Position numbers and translations under genes: made by a program. A stretch of DNA of 64,000 bases from Macrostomum lignano (lineage: Eukaryota). Under the pieces are notes generated by a model. That model was not told the DNA's origin. It saw only the letters and a list, made by a program, of their open reading frames with translations, and searched no databases. Positions 1 to 13,800 of the stretch are shown here, piece by piece. The stretch's first letter is position 1. Every line of letters begins with the position of its first letter. The stretch lies in the NCBI GenBank assembly GCA_002269645.1, contig NIVC01002286.1, positions 122,820 through 186,819 on the forward strand, given 5' to 3'.

Positions 1-620
1 TGTCAAACCGGGTGTTGTCTGTATTTGCCTGTAAGTATCTGTCAAACCGGCTGTTGTCTGTATTCGCCTGTAAGTATCTGTCAAACCAGCTGTTGTCTGT
101 ATTCGCCTGTAAGTATCTGTCAAACCAGCTGTTGTCTGTATTCGCCTGTAAGTATCTGTCAAACCAGCTGTTGTCTGTATTCGCCTGTAAGTATCTGTCA
201 AACCAGCTGTTGTCTGTATTCGCCTGTAAGTATCTGTCAAACCAGCTGTTGTCTGTATTCGCCTGTAAGTATCTGTCAAACCAGCTGTTGTCTGTATTCG
301 CCTGTAAGTATCTGTCAAACCGGGTGTTGTCTGTAATTTGCCTGTAAGTATCTGTCAAACCGGCTGTTGTCTGTATTCGCCTGTAAGTATCTGTCAAGCT
401 TCGTGTTGTCTGTATTCGCCTGTAAGTATCTGTCAAACCGGCTGTTGTCTGTATTCGCCTGTAAGTATCTGTCAAGCTTCGTGTTGTCTGTATTTGCCTG
501 TAAGTATCTGTCAAACCGGCTGTTGTCTGTATTCGCCTGTAAGTATCTGTCAAACCGGATGTTGTCTGTATTTGCCTGTAAGTATCTGTCAAACCGACTG
601 TTGTCTGTATTTGCCTGTAC
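1..620. repeat. 39-bp tandem minisatellite (TGTCAAACCAGCTGTTGTCTGTATTCGCCTGTAAGTATC), ~16 copies, truncated by window start
   Basis: Direct reading; the 13-aa periodic ORFs (LSVFACKYLSNQL) are by-products of the repeat. Confidence 0.95.
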
Positions 621-1147
621 GCGTGACTATCTAGTCTGTTGTTTGTAAATGTCTGTAGCTGGTCTGCAATAAGAAACGTCTTCGCATGTAGTTATACACT
701 CGCTATTAATTTTTGTAGACGATCGTTCTACATTTCTATGAATATTGGCGCATTCTCGAATCTGCACAGTTTGGCGTCATCCCGTCCGCGATCAGCCCAA
801 CGATTGTCAAAATTTTTCCTCCTTTTTCGACACTCTGTACCCAATTAACCAGCATTCAACCCTACCTGCAAAGCAGAATAAGCCCCGCAGTCAGCTTCCT
901 TGATGTAATAAAAACCGTGCTAGAAAAAAGTCACTCTTTCAATGTGCTGCTTGTCCCTCTCAATAATCTCGATACTGCAGGGACTATTACACGCAATTTC
1001 GAGCTGTTTTTTTCTGGGCAATGGGAACATCTTGAATCGACAGAATGAAGGCAACCCCACTGATGACTGCTGCTGGCTCTGCCTTGGTCAAGGACCACTA
1101 AACAGAGAATACTCGCTTTTCGTCTGCTGCTCAAAAGAGATTACATG

Positions 1148-1582
1148 TATCACTGCAGGTAATCATCACTGCAGGTAATTATCCCTGCAGGTAATTATCA
1201 TTGCAGGTAATTATCACTGCAGGTAATTATCACTGCAGGTAATTATCACTGCAGGTAATTATCACTGCAGGTAATTATCACTGCAGGTAATTATCACTGC
1301 AGGTAATTATCACTGCAGGTAATTATCACTGCAGGTAATTATCACTGCAGGTAATTATCACTGCAGGTAATTATCACTGCAGGTAATTATCACTGCAGGT
1401 AATTATCACTGCAGGTAATTATCACTGCAGGTAATTATCACTGCAGGTAATTATCACTGCAGGTAATTATCACTGCAGGTAATTATCACTGCAGGTAATT
1501 ATCACTGCAGGTAATTATCACTGCAGGTAATTATCACTGCAGGTAATTATCACTGCAGGTAATTATCACTGCAGGTAATTAT
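1148..1582. repeat. 16-bp tandem repeat (AATTATCACTGCAGGT), ~27 copies
   Basis: Direct reading; near-perfect copies. Confidence 0.95.
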
Positions 1583-1837
1583 CGCGCAACCGCTTACTTG
1601 AGGGCAAATTTACTAGCCTAAATGTTTTGGGTAAAGGGCGAAAACCGGCTGAGCCTTCCGCCCCAAATACTCTTTCTAGAACCCCCTGTCCCAGCTTGCA
1701 TCCAATTGGCTGGCTCCCGTTGATCGTATAAAACTGTTCATAGAGTCGGGCAGAAACAAAAGAGGGGCTTTGAAAAAAGAGAAAAAAGCTGTTTATTGGA
1801 AATAACAGAAGACACAAATTAGCAAAGCAGAAGACAG

Positions 1838-4800
1838 ATGGATAGAGCGATGCAGGAGCAGCGGCACAAGCAGCATCAGCAGCAGCGCCGGTCTCAGACT
1901 CAGGCCCTGCCTCCAAAACCCCCGCCAAAGACTTACCTGATTGCATTGCAGCACCGCACGGCTGCCACCAGCCCGACGCCGCAGTCACAGCCGCCTTTGT
2001 CGCCGCAGTCTTCGGCAGCAGCAACACTTGGGTGAGTCTGTCGAAACGGAATGTTTTGCTAAATGAAATAATCAAATCATCATATTTCTAAATTTAGTTA
2101 TTTTGATGTGCTTCCCTTGTCTCTGCGCCTGTCGAGCTCCGAGCCCCAACAGACGCCCTGTCTGTAGTGGAATTAGTAATTACTGGCTCAGACACCGCAT
2201 GCAGATGTTCGTTTGAATCAGCTGCAAGCTGGAATAATGAATATTCATTAATCCTACAGGTTGGTAGCTAAGGTTCTGTGCTACAATTCTGCACTATTAG
2301 TATAAGACACTACTGTGCAGTCAATGAAAAAATGACTGGCGCTGTGAGATGCGAGTGACTTGGTCTTGCGCTTGCACTGTGTAAGTAAGGCCCTGGGATC
2401 TGTCCATACAGATCCAAACAGGACTCCATACTGGCTGTCTTGCGATACATTTGCGATAACTAATGGGATATTGGGGAATGGGAGACAGTCAAAACAGGGA
2501 TGCATTGTGACTGTAAGACTGGGATGCGGTGAGACAAGAAATTACTGAGTGAGGATGGGAGACTGAGAGAGGAGAGGGAGACAGAGAGAGGAGAGGGAGA
2601 CAAGAGAGGAGAGGGAGACAAGAGAGGAGAGGGAGACAAGAGAGGAGAGGGAGACAAGAGAGGAGAGGGAGACAAGAGAGGAGAGGGAGACAAGAGAGGA
2701 GAGGGAGTCCAGAGAGGAGAGGGAGACAAGAGAGGTGAGGGATCCAGAGAGAGGAGAGGGCGACAAGAGAGGAGAGGGAGCCAGAGAGAGGAGAGGGAAC
2801 CAGAGAGAGGAGGGAGACAAGAGAGGAGAGGGAGACAAGAGAGGAGAGGGTGACAAGAGAGGAGAGGGAGACAAGAGAGGAGAGGGAGACAAGAGAGGTG
2901 AGGGATCCAGAGAGAGGAGAGGGAGCCAGAGAGAGGTGAGGGATCCAGAGAGAGGAGAGGGAGCCAGAGAGAGGAGAGGGAGCCAGAGAGAGGAGAGGGA
3001 GTCCAGAGAGGAGAGGGAGTCCAGAGAGGAGAGGGAGACAAGAGAGGAGAGGGAGACAAGAGAGGAGAGGGAGACAAGAGAGGAGAGGGAGACAAGAGAG
3101 GTGAGGGATCCAGAGAGAGGAGAGGGAGCCAGAGAGAGGAGAGGGAGTCCAGAGAGGAGAGGGAGTCCAGAGAGGGAGGGAGACAAGAGAGGAGAGGGAG
3201 ACAAGAGAGGAGAGGGAGCCAGAGAGAGGAGAGGGAGCCAGAGAGAGGAGAGGGAGTCCAGAGAGGAGAGGGAGTCCAGAGAGGAGAGGGAGACAAGAGA
3301 GGAGAGGGAGTCCAGAGAGGAGAGGGAGACAAGAGAGGAGAGGGAGACAAGAGAGGAGAGGGAGCCAGAGAGAGGAGAGGGAGCCAGAGAGAGGAGAGGG
3401 AGCCAGAGAGAGGAGAGGGAGTCCAGAGAGGAGAGGGAGTCCAGAGAGGAGAGGGAGACAAGAGAGGAGAGGGAGCCAGAGAGAGGAGAGGGAGCCAGAG
3501 AGAGGAGAGGGAGTCCAGAGAGGAGAGGGTGACAAGAGAGGAGAGGGAGACAAGAGAGGAGAGGGAGACAAGAGAGGTGAGGGATCCAGAGAGAGGAGAG
3601 GGAGCCAGAGAGAGGAGAGGGAGTCCAGAGAGGAGAGGGAGACAAGAGAGGAGAGGGAGACCAGAGAGAGGAGAGGGAGACAAGAGAGGAGAGGGATCCA
3701 GAGAGAGGAGAGGGAGCCAGAGAGAGGTGAGGGATCCAGAGAGGAGAGGGAGCCAGAGAGAGGAGAGGGAGCCAGAGAGAGGAGAGGGAACCAGAGAGAG
3801 GAGGGAGACAAGAGAGGAGAGGGAGACAAGAGAGGAGAGGGTGACAAGAGAGGAGAGGGAGACAAGAGAGGAGAGGGAGACAAGAGAGGAGAGGGAGACA
3901 AGAGAGGTGAGGGATCCAGAGAGAGGAGAGGGAGCCAGAGAGAGGAGAGGGAGTCCAGAGAGGAGAGGGAGACAAGAGAGGAGAGGGAGACAAGAGAGGT
4001 GAGGGATCCAGAGAGAGGAGAGGGAGCCAGAGAGAGGTGAGGGATCCAGAGAGAGGAGAGGGAGCCAGAGAGAGGAGAGGGAGCCAGAGAGAGGAGAGGG
4101 AGTCCAGAGAGGAGAGGGAGTCCAGAGAGGAGAGGGAGACAAGAGAGGAGAGGGAGACAAGAGAGGAGAGGGAGACAAGAGAGGTGAGGGATCCAGAGAG
4201 AGGAGAGGGAGCCAGAGAGAGGAGAGGGAGTCCAGAGAGGAGAGGGAGTCCAGAGAGGAGAGGGAGACAAGAGAGGAGAGGGAGACAAGAGAGGAGAGGG
4301 AGCCAGAGAGAGGAGAGGGAGCCAGAGAGAGGAGAGGGAGCCAGAGAGAGGAGAGGGAGTCCAGAGAGGAGAGGGAGTCCAGAGAGGAGAGGGAGACAAG
4401 AGAGGAGAGGGAGCCAGAGAGAGGAGAGGGAGCCAGAGAGAGGAGAGGGAGTCCAGAGAGGAGAGGGAGTCCAGAGAGGAGAGGGAGCCAGAGAGAGGAG
4501 AGGGAGTCCAGAGAGGAGAGGGAGTCCAGAGAGGAGAGGGAGCCAGAGAGAGGAGAGGGAGTCCAGAGAGGAGAGGGAGTCCAGAGAGGAGAGGGAGCCA
4601 GAGAGAGGAGAGGGAGCCAGAGAGAGGAGAGGGAGTCCAGAGAGGAGAGGGAGTCCAGAGAGGAGGCGGAGAGGCGGTGAGAAGAGATATACGGGGAGAA
4701 GTACAAGGGCAAAGGTAGGGAGCAGCGAACAGATGGAGATGGGCGAGATAGGCAGGAACGTTAGACAGGGGAAGATATTGTAGAAAGTCAGCCGGAGGCG

Positions 4801-7800
4801 CAGCGCAGTCCCTGTGTTTACTCCAGCTGGGCCTGATGGGATCCGAGGCAGAGCCCTTTGCGGCATCGAATTTCCCATGCCCCCCATCCGCGCAGCGCAA
4901 CAGCGTTCGACCAGTTTGTGTTCGGATTTCAAGCCAGTCGAACGTTTGATAATTTTGTTCAAGCAGCCGGAGCCATGCTGGCCATTTTGCCCAAGGCCAG
5001 GCGAACGGGACAAAGTGTCTGTTCACTTGTGATTAATAATAATATCCCTGCTACTCTTGATTATCTCCCTGATAATCCCAAATGCGAATTAGCGCATGCA
5101 AGGTGGAGATTTAAAAATTGGGAATGTTGGTGACTTATGCTGAACTTTAATGCCCCAGTTCGCAGCGATTGCATAATTGAAAAAAGTGCAAAAGGCCCGC
5201 TGGTTTTGGCTTTCAATAAATCCCTCGGGGGGGGACTAGGCTGGGGTCGGTGCTCGGTCCTTTCAATCAACCCGCTCGCAGGGGGATTATTTATGCAGCA
5301 TCCATGCAGCCCTCGGGACACTTCCCCGACCATCTGCAAAGGTTGCTTGGTGCTTCTTTCTGCTTTGGCTTTCTTTGCTGCTTGAAGCAGTTGGCTTTGG
5401 GTGGTCGCCGTGTTATCTTATAATTCTCCTTAATCCTCCTATTTATGGTCAGAGTGAGGCGGCGGGAGAATTCTAGGAATTCGGTTGTTGCGATTCGAGA
5501 CAAATGAAAAGCATATAATTCAATCAGCCGATCGATCAGTATATTCGATATGTTGAGCAGTAAACTTTCTAGACGATGTATTGACCTAGCTCAATCGGCC
5601 GATATGTTGCGCAGTAAACTTAATAAAGGATGTATTGACCTAGCTGAATCGGTCGATATGTTGAGCAGTAAATTTAATAAAGGATGTATTGACCTAGCTG
5701 AATCGGCCGATATGTTGCGCAGTAAACTTAATAAAGGATGCATTTACCTAGCTGAATCAGCCGATATGTTGAGCAGTAAATTTAATAAAGGATGTATTGA
5801 CCTAGCTAAATCAGCCGATATGTTGCGCAGTAAACTTAATAAAGGATGTATTGACCTAGCTGAATCGGCCGATATGTTGAGCAGTAAACTTAATAAAGGA
5901 TGTATTGACCTAGCTGAATCGCCCGATATGTTGCGCTGTAAACTTAATAAAGGATGTATTGACCTAGCTGAATCGGCCGATATGTTGAGCAGTAAACTTA
6001 ATAAAGGATGTATTGACCTAGCTGAATCGCCCGATATGTTGCGCTGTAAACTTAATAAAGGATGTATTGACCTAGCTGAATCGCCCGATATGTTGCGCTG
6101 TAAACTTAATAAAGGATGTATTGACCTAGCTGAATCGGCCGATATGTTGAGCAGTAAACTTAATAAAGGATGTATTGACCTAGCTGAATCAGCCGATATG
6201 TTGCGCAGTAAACTTAATAAAGGATGTATTGACCTAGCCGAATCAGCCGATATGTTGCGCAGTAAACTTAATAAAGGATGTATTGACCTAGCTGAATCGG
6301 CCGATATGTTGCGCAGTAAACTTAATAAAGGATGTATTTACCTAGCTGAATCGGCCGATATGTTGCGCAGTAAATTTAATAAAGGATGTATTGACCTAGC
6401 TGAATCGCCCGATATGTTGCGCAGTAAACTTAATAAAGGATGTATTGACCTAGCTGAATCGGCCGATATGTTGAGCAGTAAACTTAATAAAGGATGTATT
6501 GACCTAGCTGAATCGCCCGATATGTTGCGCTGTAAACTTAATAAAGGATGTATTGACCTAGCTGAATCGCCCGATATGTTGAGCAGTAAACTTAATAAAG
6601 GATGTACTGACCTAGCTGAATCAGCCGATATGTTGTGCAGTAAACTTAATAAAGGATGTATTGACCTAGCTGAATCAGCCGATATGTTGAGCAGTAAACT
6701 TAATAAAGGATGTATTGACCTAGCCGAATCAGCCGATATGTTGTGCAGTAAACTTAATAAAGGATGTATTGACCTAGCTGAATCAGCCGATATGTTGCGC
6801 AGAAATAGAAAATTTATTAAAAAAAGAGAAAATCGGCCGAGAAAATTCTGATAAATTCCAGAAACTTTCGAACCAAAAGCCATTATCTCCCAATAGATAA
6901 AATGTCTTCTTTAAAAGCAGCAATTTATTGGACAGCTGAGCGCAAAGTTCAAAGAAATGAAAGCAGAACACAAGCGGCGAGACCCAAGTCTTCAGCGGCT
7001 TTCTTTGAAGTTTAACTGCGGGTCGATTTTCCGACCCCTTTGATGTTCAAAGCTCAATTAATAATAATATAGCTACTGCTATTAATATTATCTTGATGCT
7101 CGTCTAAGCAAAGCTCGAGTCTGACTTGGCTGCGACTGCCTGTCGCTCTGCTGTGCGTTTCAAGTCTAAAGAGGGGAGAGTTCAGAGCAAGTTGGTCTTC
7201 ACCCGGTCTGCCCAGACCAGTTTGTTCCCACTCACCCACACAGTGTCTGACCCACACAGTGTTTGACCCAGAATGAATCTGGCCCACTCAGTGCCTGACC
7301 CACAGTGTCTGACCCACACAGTCTGACCCACAGTGTCTGACCCACACAGTGTCTGACCCACACAGTGTCTGACCCACAGTGTCTGACCCTCACAGTGTCT
7401 GACCCACACAGTGTCTGACCCACACAGTGTCTGACCTACTCAGTGTCTGACCCAGAATCAATCTGACCCACTCAGTGTCTGACCCACTCAGTGTCTGACC
7501 CACACAGTGTCTGACCTACTCAGTATCTGACCAAGAATCAATCTGACCCACTCAGTGTCTGACCCACTCAGTGTCTGACCCACTCCGTGTCTGACCTACT
7601 CAGTGTCTGACCCACTCAGTGTCTGACCCACTCAATGTTTGACCCACACAGTGTCTGACCCACTCAGTGTCTGACCCACACAGTGTCTGACCCAGACTGA
7701 ATCTGACCCACACAGTGTCTGACCCAGAATGAATCTGACCCACACAGTGTCTGACCCAGAATGAATCTGACCCACACAGTGTCTGACCCAGAATGAATCT

Positions 7801-10800
7801 GACCCACACAGTGTCTGACCCAGAATGAATCTGACCCACACAGTGTCTGACCCAGAATGAATCTGACCCACACAGTGTCTGACCCAGAATGAATCTGACC
7901 CACACAGTGTCTGACCCAGAATGAATCTGACCCACACAGTGTCTGACCCACACAGTGTCTGACCTACTCAGTGTCTGACCCACACAGTTTCTGACCCAGA
8001 CTGAATCTGACCCACACAGTGTCTGACCCACTCAGTGCCTGTAAGTCTGACAGGTGTTTACTTGCATTCCGTCTGTATCCCAGCAGCGCACCTCATTCTA
8101 CTGTTAAACTATTGAAGTCTGCATCTTTGGCAATGCAAAAAGTAAAGTTAGCAATAAAATCAAATTCTGCAAGCACAACTATAATTAAGTTACATCTCTT
8201 TCGCCTCTCTCCCCCCCCCACAGTTCATATTCGCCAAGCCTATCCTTGCCTCAAGGGGGGGGGGCAATTCGAGGCCCTGGCTTAAGGCGTGTCTGAATTT
8301 ATTTAAGCTTTTCCAGATTAATTAATGCCCAACGCCTCAGTTTAACTTTCTACTGACTAGTCCTAATTGCCTACGCTAGGCTGCTCTGACGAATACGAGC
8401 TGTGCACGGGCCAGAAATTCAATGAGGTAGGCTGGCTAGCTGGCTGGTGTATGGCTGGTTGGCCCTTTTCCGATACACATTAAAGGCACAGTAAAGCTTT
8501 GCAATGAGCTGCGGCTGCTGCTGCTGCTGCTGCACTTGGGGCAACTGTAGCGGTTCCGCAGTCAGGCTCTCACTGTGTCTGCAGGGGGCAGTGGGATCCA
8601 GGTCTCTGTCCCGAACTACTGCGGCTGAGTGACTCACCCCCATGGAACTGTGCTGTGCGCCACAATATCGCGAATCACTTATTCGTGAAGTCATGAGCTC
8701 ACTTATAAACTCATCATAACCTCACTCTTGAACTCAATTATAAACTCACTTTTACAAATCGTTCGTGAACCCATTCATGAACTCACTCAGGAAGTCATTC
8801 ATGAACTCACTCAGTGACTCATTCATGAACTCACTCAGTGACTCATTCATGAACTCACTCAGTGACTCAGTCATGAACTCACTCAGTGACTCATTCATGA
8901 ACTCACTCAGTGACTCATTCATGAACTCACTCAGTGACTCATTCATGAACTCACTCAGTGACTCATTCATGAACTCACTCAGTGACTCATTCATGAACTC
9001 ACTCAGTGACTCATTCATTAACTCACTCAGTGACTCATTCATGAACTCACTCAGTGACTCATTCATGAACACACTCAGTGACTCAGTCATGAACTCACTC
9101 AGTGACTCATTCATGAACTCACTCAGTGACTCATTCATGAACTCACTCAGTGACTCAGTCATGAACTCACTCAGGAACTCATTAATCTATTACAATAGAC
9201 AATGCGGCAGGTAATTCTAATTATAATTTTTCTAGATTACTATACAGAATAACTTGGCTCAGAATAGGCATAAGCCGCCTGTATCCAGTTCAGAGCGCGC
9301 CTGTCTGCATAAGCCCCCTTAATTCAGCTTTATAGCAGATCTCTGACCAACATTGATATTCTGTATCTACCACCAAGTAGCGCTCATCCATGCATTCAAT
9401 GCGTTCGCACTTGTCTGGCTTCAGTGTTTTTATAGTATCGTATGTATATAAATGTGTGTGTGTTCCCAGCCAAGCCCTAATAGCGGACTTGTTAGCTGAA
9501 TTTGGTGCAGCGGGAACGGTGGGTAGGCTAAATTCGGTTTAAATAGCGCTATAAATTTTGCCAAATCTGTTGAGGCCACGTGTCAGTCATTGCTGGTTCA
9601 TCATTTATATCTTTATGAAAAGTGTTTTTCCAATTTCTGTCGTTGCTATGTTACCCCACAAGAGCTTAAGGTAAGTTTTTTAAAAGTAAAGGCACATTAA
9701 TTTAAAAGTTTTGTGGGTACTCTGCTTGCCGTTAGGAAAATGATTGGAGCAGATTGACTGCTCAAGGATCTGTGGAATTAATTAGTCTGGCTGCCCGCTC
9801 TCTATCCACTTTCTATCATATCTCTATCCGCTCTCTATCCGCTCTCTATCCGCTCACTATCCGCTCACTATCCGCTCACTATCCGCTCACTATCCGCTCA
9901 CTATCCGCTCACTATCCGCTCACTATCCGCTCACTATCCGCTCTTTATCCGCTCACTATCCGCTCTTTATCCGCTCCCTATCCGCTCACTATCCGCTCTT
10001 TATCCGCTCACTATCCGCTCACTATCCGCTCACTATCCGCTCACTATTCGCTCTCTATCCGCTCTTTATCCGCTCACTATCCGCTCACTATCCGCTCCCT
10101 ATCCGCTCACTATCCGCTCTTTATCCGCTCACTATCCGCTCACTATCCGCTCCCTATCCGCTCACTATCCGCTCTTTATCCGCTCCCTATCCGCTCACTA
10201 TCCGCTCTTTATCCGCTCACTATCCGCTCACTATCCGCTCACTATCCGCTCACTATTCGCTCTCTATCCGCTCTTTATCAGCTCTACATCCGCTCACTAT
10301 CCGCTCACTATCCGCTCACTATCCGCTCACTATTCGCTCTCTATCCGCTCTTTATCAGCTCTACATCCGCTGTATATCGTGTCTGAATTAGAAATTCGAG
10401 CAAGCACTTGTCAATTGATCAATTTTTAATATTCAAAGCCAATTTTTAATTTCCTCAATCAGACAAAGTCCGGAAACCCCGACTCTGGGCAGCAGCCCCG
10501 TCACAACGGCCGCCCCCGCCAGTCCAACGCCGTCGTCCGCGGAGTCCCTGGCCGACCTGGACGCCCTGACCCGCGAAGCCGCCAGCAGAAACGATTCGTG
10601 GGCCAACGCCCAGGAGAAGAAGCTGCTGAAGCAGTGCGGCGAGAAGCTTGTGCGGCGATGCAACTTTGTCTACGAGCTGGTGTCCACGGAGATCAACCAC
10701 CTGCGCAACATCCGGGCGATGCAGGTGAGACTGACCGTTCAGGTTCCTTGTCTTCGTCTCTGTGCATCCGCTCTCCATCCGCTCTCTATCCGCTCTCTCC

Positions 10801-13800
10801 GCTCTCTATCCGCTCTCCATCCGCTCTCTATCCGCTCTCCATCCGCTCTCTATCCGCTCTCCATCCGCTCTCTATCCGCTCTCTATCCGCTCTCCATCCG
10901 CTCTCTATCCGCTCTCCATCCGCTCTCTATCCGCTCTCCATCCGCTCTCTATCCGCTCTCCATCCGCTCTCTATCCGCTCTCCATCCGCTCTCTATCCGC
11001 TCTCCATCCGCTCTCTATCCGCTCTCCATCCGCTCTCTATCCGCTCTCCATCCGCTCTCTATCCGCTCTCCATCCGCTCTCTATCCGCTCTCCATCCGCT
11101 CTCTATCCGCTCTCCATCCGCTCTCTATCCAACCTATTTGCTCTCTATCCGCTCACTATCCGCTCACTATCCGCTCTCTATCCTCTATCCATCCGCTCTC
11201 CATCCGCTTTCCATCCGCTCTCCATCCGCTCTCCATCCGCTCTCCATCCGCTCTCCATCCGCTCTCCATCCGCTCTCCATCCGCTCTCCATCTGCTCTCC
11301 GTCTGTTTTCTATCCGCTCTCCTTCCACTCTCGAATCTGATCTCCAACCGCTCTCCATCCGTTCACCTTGGCGTCCTCGCCGCCCGCCCGCAGGTTGTAT
11401 TCCGAGAGCCCCTTCGCCGTCTGCCGCCCAGCGCCGCCATCTCGGCCGCCGAGATCGAAGCGCTGTTCCCTCAGCTGGACCTGCTGGAGCGCCTGCACTC
11501 CGGCCTGCTGGCCGACCTGCGCCGCTGCGAGCCGCCGGCCGTCCTGACCAAAGCGACTCTGCCGCCAGCCGCCGACTGGGCCGGACTGGCCGGCCTCGGG
11601 GCCGCCCTGCGCCGCCACCTGTCCGGACCGGCCGGTACTGATTGGCTAACGGCCTATGGCGGATTCTGCTTTGAGCACACCGTCACCCTGCAGCCTGGGT
11701 TGGCCGCCCTCACAGCCAGGAGTGCCGGCTTCGCCAACGCGCTCAGAGACTGCGAGCGGAGTCCGCAGGCGGGGAGGAAAACCCTGCTGGTGGGTTCTCG
11801 GGCTGTGAGGGAGGCGGGGCGGGGAGGTTTAGTGTAAATAATCGTTTTGAGTCGGTTTTTGTTGGTTTGAATCGGTTTCAGTCGATTTGAGTCGATTTGA
11901 GTTGATTTGAGTTGGTTTGAATTGGTTTGAGTTGGTTTGAATCGGTTTGAGTCGATTTGAGTCGATTTGAGTTGATTTGAGTTGGTTTGAATTGGTTTGA
12001 GTTGGTTTGAGTCGATTTGAGTCGATTTGAGTTGGTTTGAGTCGTTTTGAATTGATTTGAGTTGGTTTGAGTCGGTTTAAATCGGTTTGAATCGGTTTGA
12101 GTGGTTTGAGTCAGCTCGGACAGTTCAAGTGGCTCCCCTGTGAAGTCCTGCACTGTCAGCCAGCCGCTGCACCCGCCGCCACTGCCACCACCAGGATCAC
12201 TACCTGACGGTCACCCAGCGGCTGTCCAAGTACAAGACGCTGCTGCCCCAGATAGCCGAGTGCTGCCAGCTGGTGGCTCCCGTAGATGCCGACATGGCGG
12301 CGGCCTGCGCCGACCTGGACTCGCTGCTGCAGGCCGTCAACGACCAGGTTGAGCGGCGGCACAATGAGCACGTGCTCGGCCAGGTGGCGGCCAACTTCCA
12401 GCCCGACCAGGGCATCTCCGCCCAGCAGCACCTGGCCGGCAGGCGGCTCATCCACAGCGGTCGGCTGCAGGTCCGCCACCAGGAGGCCAAGGTGCCCGCC
12501 GTCGCCAGCTTCGGGTTGCTGCTGAACGACTCGCTGCTGCTCCTCCAGGAGCTCGCGGGCGGCCGGTTCGCCCCGCTGTCCGGCCCCGCCATCGCCGGCT
12601 GCGCCTGCCTGCCGCTGATGCGATTCGCCGAGACCGACGCCATCGTCAGGGAGAACGAAGGCAGCAAGCCGACGTTTTTTATCGTGGTGAAGCGGCCGGA
12701 GCCCAAGCTGATCAGCGTGGCCTGCCTCAGCCAGGAGGACAGAGACAAGTGGCTGCGGCTGATTAACAAGGTGAGCTGGGAGAGGAGATACCCGGCTCGG
12801 TTTTCCACGCCATACCAGGAAACTGGGTTGATCTCGCGTGTAACCTGGCTGGTTAATCCGGGTGGTACCTGATTGATCCCGGTGATACCTGGTCTGGTTA
12901 ATCTCTAATCCCAGGTGATATCTGGTTGATCCCGGTGATACCTGAATGATCCCGGTGGTACCTGATTGATCCCGGTGGTACCTGATCTTGCTAATCCCTA
13001 ATCCCAGGTGATATCTGGTTAATCCCGGGTGATACCTGGTTTAGTTAATCGCAGATGATAACTGGTATGATTGATCCCGGTGATTCCTGGTTGATCCCGG
13101 TGATTCCTGGTTGATCCCGGTGATTCCTGGTTGATCCCGGTGATTCCTGGTTGATGCCGGTGATTCCTGGTTGATGCCGGTGATTCCTGGTTGATGCCGG
13201 TGATTCCTGGTTGATGCCGGGGATACCTGGTTGATCCCATGGGTTCAATGATCGCGGTAACACATGTTTCACCCAACTCTCTCTCTCAAAATATTAACTG
13301 CACGCGCAGGTCCGGGACTCGAATCCGCACGCGGACGAGCGCGCCCAGGAGGCGGCACGTCGGCTCCGCCAGAAGTCGGCGGCCTCGGCAGACCTCCTGG
13401 CCAGCATGGAGCGCCGGGATCGAGAGCTGCAGGCCCTGCTGAACGAGAAGACTCAACTGTGGCACCAGCTGCTCCTGCTGTGGGGCTGCCAGAAGCAGCA
13501 GCAGCAACAGGAGAACTCAGTGGCCGACGTAGCAGCCGCCGCGGACCCGGACTGCCAGCCGGAGAGGCTCTGCCGCGAGGCCCTGTCCGAGCTCGGCCGC
13601 CTGCGCCGCTTCGTGCGCAGCTGCCAGGAGGTGTCCGGCTCCTTGGAGGACGCGGACGCCGAGGCGGACTCGGCCAGCCTGAAGCGCAGCTCCAGCAGCG
13701 CCGAGGAGAAATCGGCGGCCGCAATCAGCTTGCCGAAGCGGGCGGACACCTTCAGCGGCTACGACGCCGCAATGACCCGCCGGCCGGCTAAACGGATGAC

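Noticed and set aside
1-620. Regular 39-bp repeats as a possible CRISPR array
   Set aside because: Head-to-tail copies without unique spacers, eukaryotic context, and no cas genes. The same applies to every other array here.
2460-5026. Three 750-845 aa minus-strand ORFs and the plus-strand R/E/G ORFs
   Set aside because: These are translations of the GA satellite; it is open in several frames at once only because the pyrimidine strand lacks stops.
4776-5030. GC-rich stretch after the GA satellite as an extra RhoGEF exon
   Set aside because: No convincing donor or frame, and exon 1 and exon 2 phases already match without it.
5550-6851. 433-aa ORF of 18-aa repeats resembling an LRR/solenoid protein
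   Set aside because: It coincides with a 54-bp intronic minisatellite, has no ATG at the start, no unique domain and no flanking splice logic.
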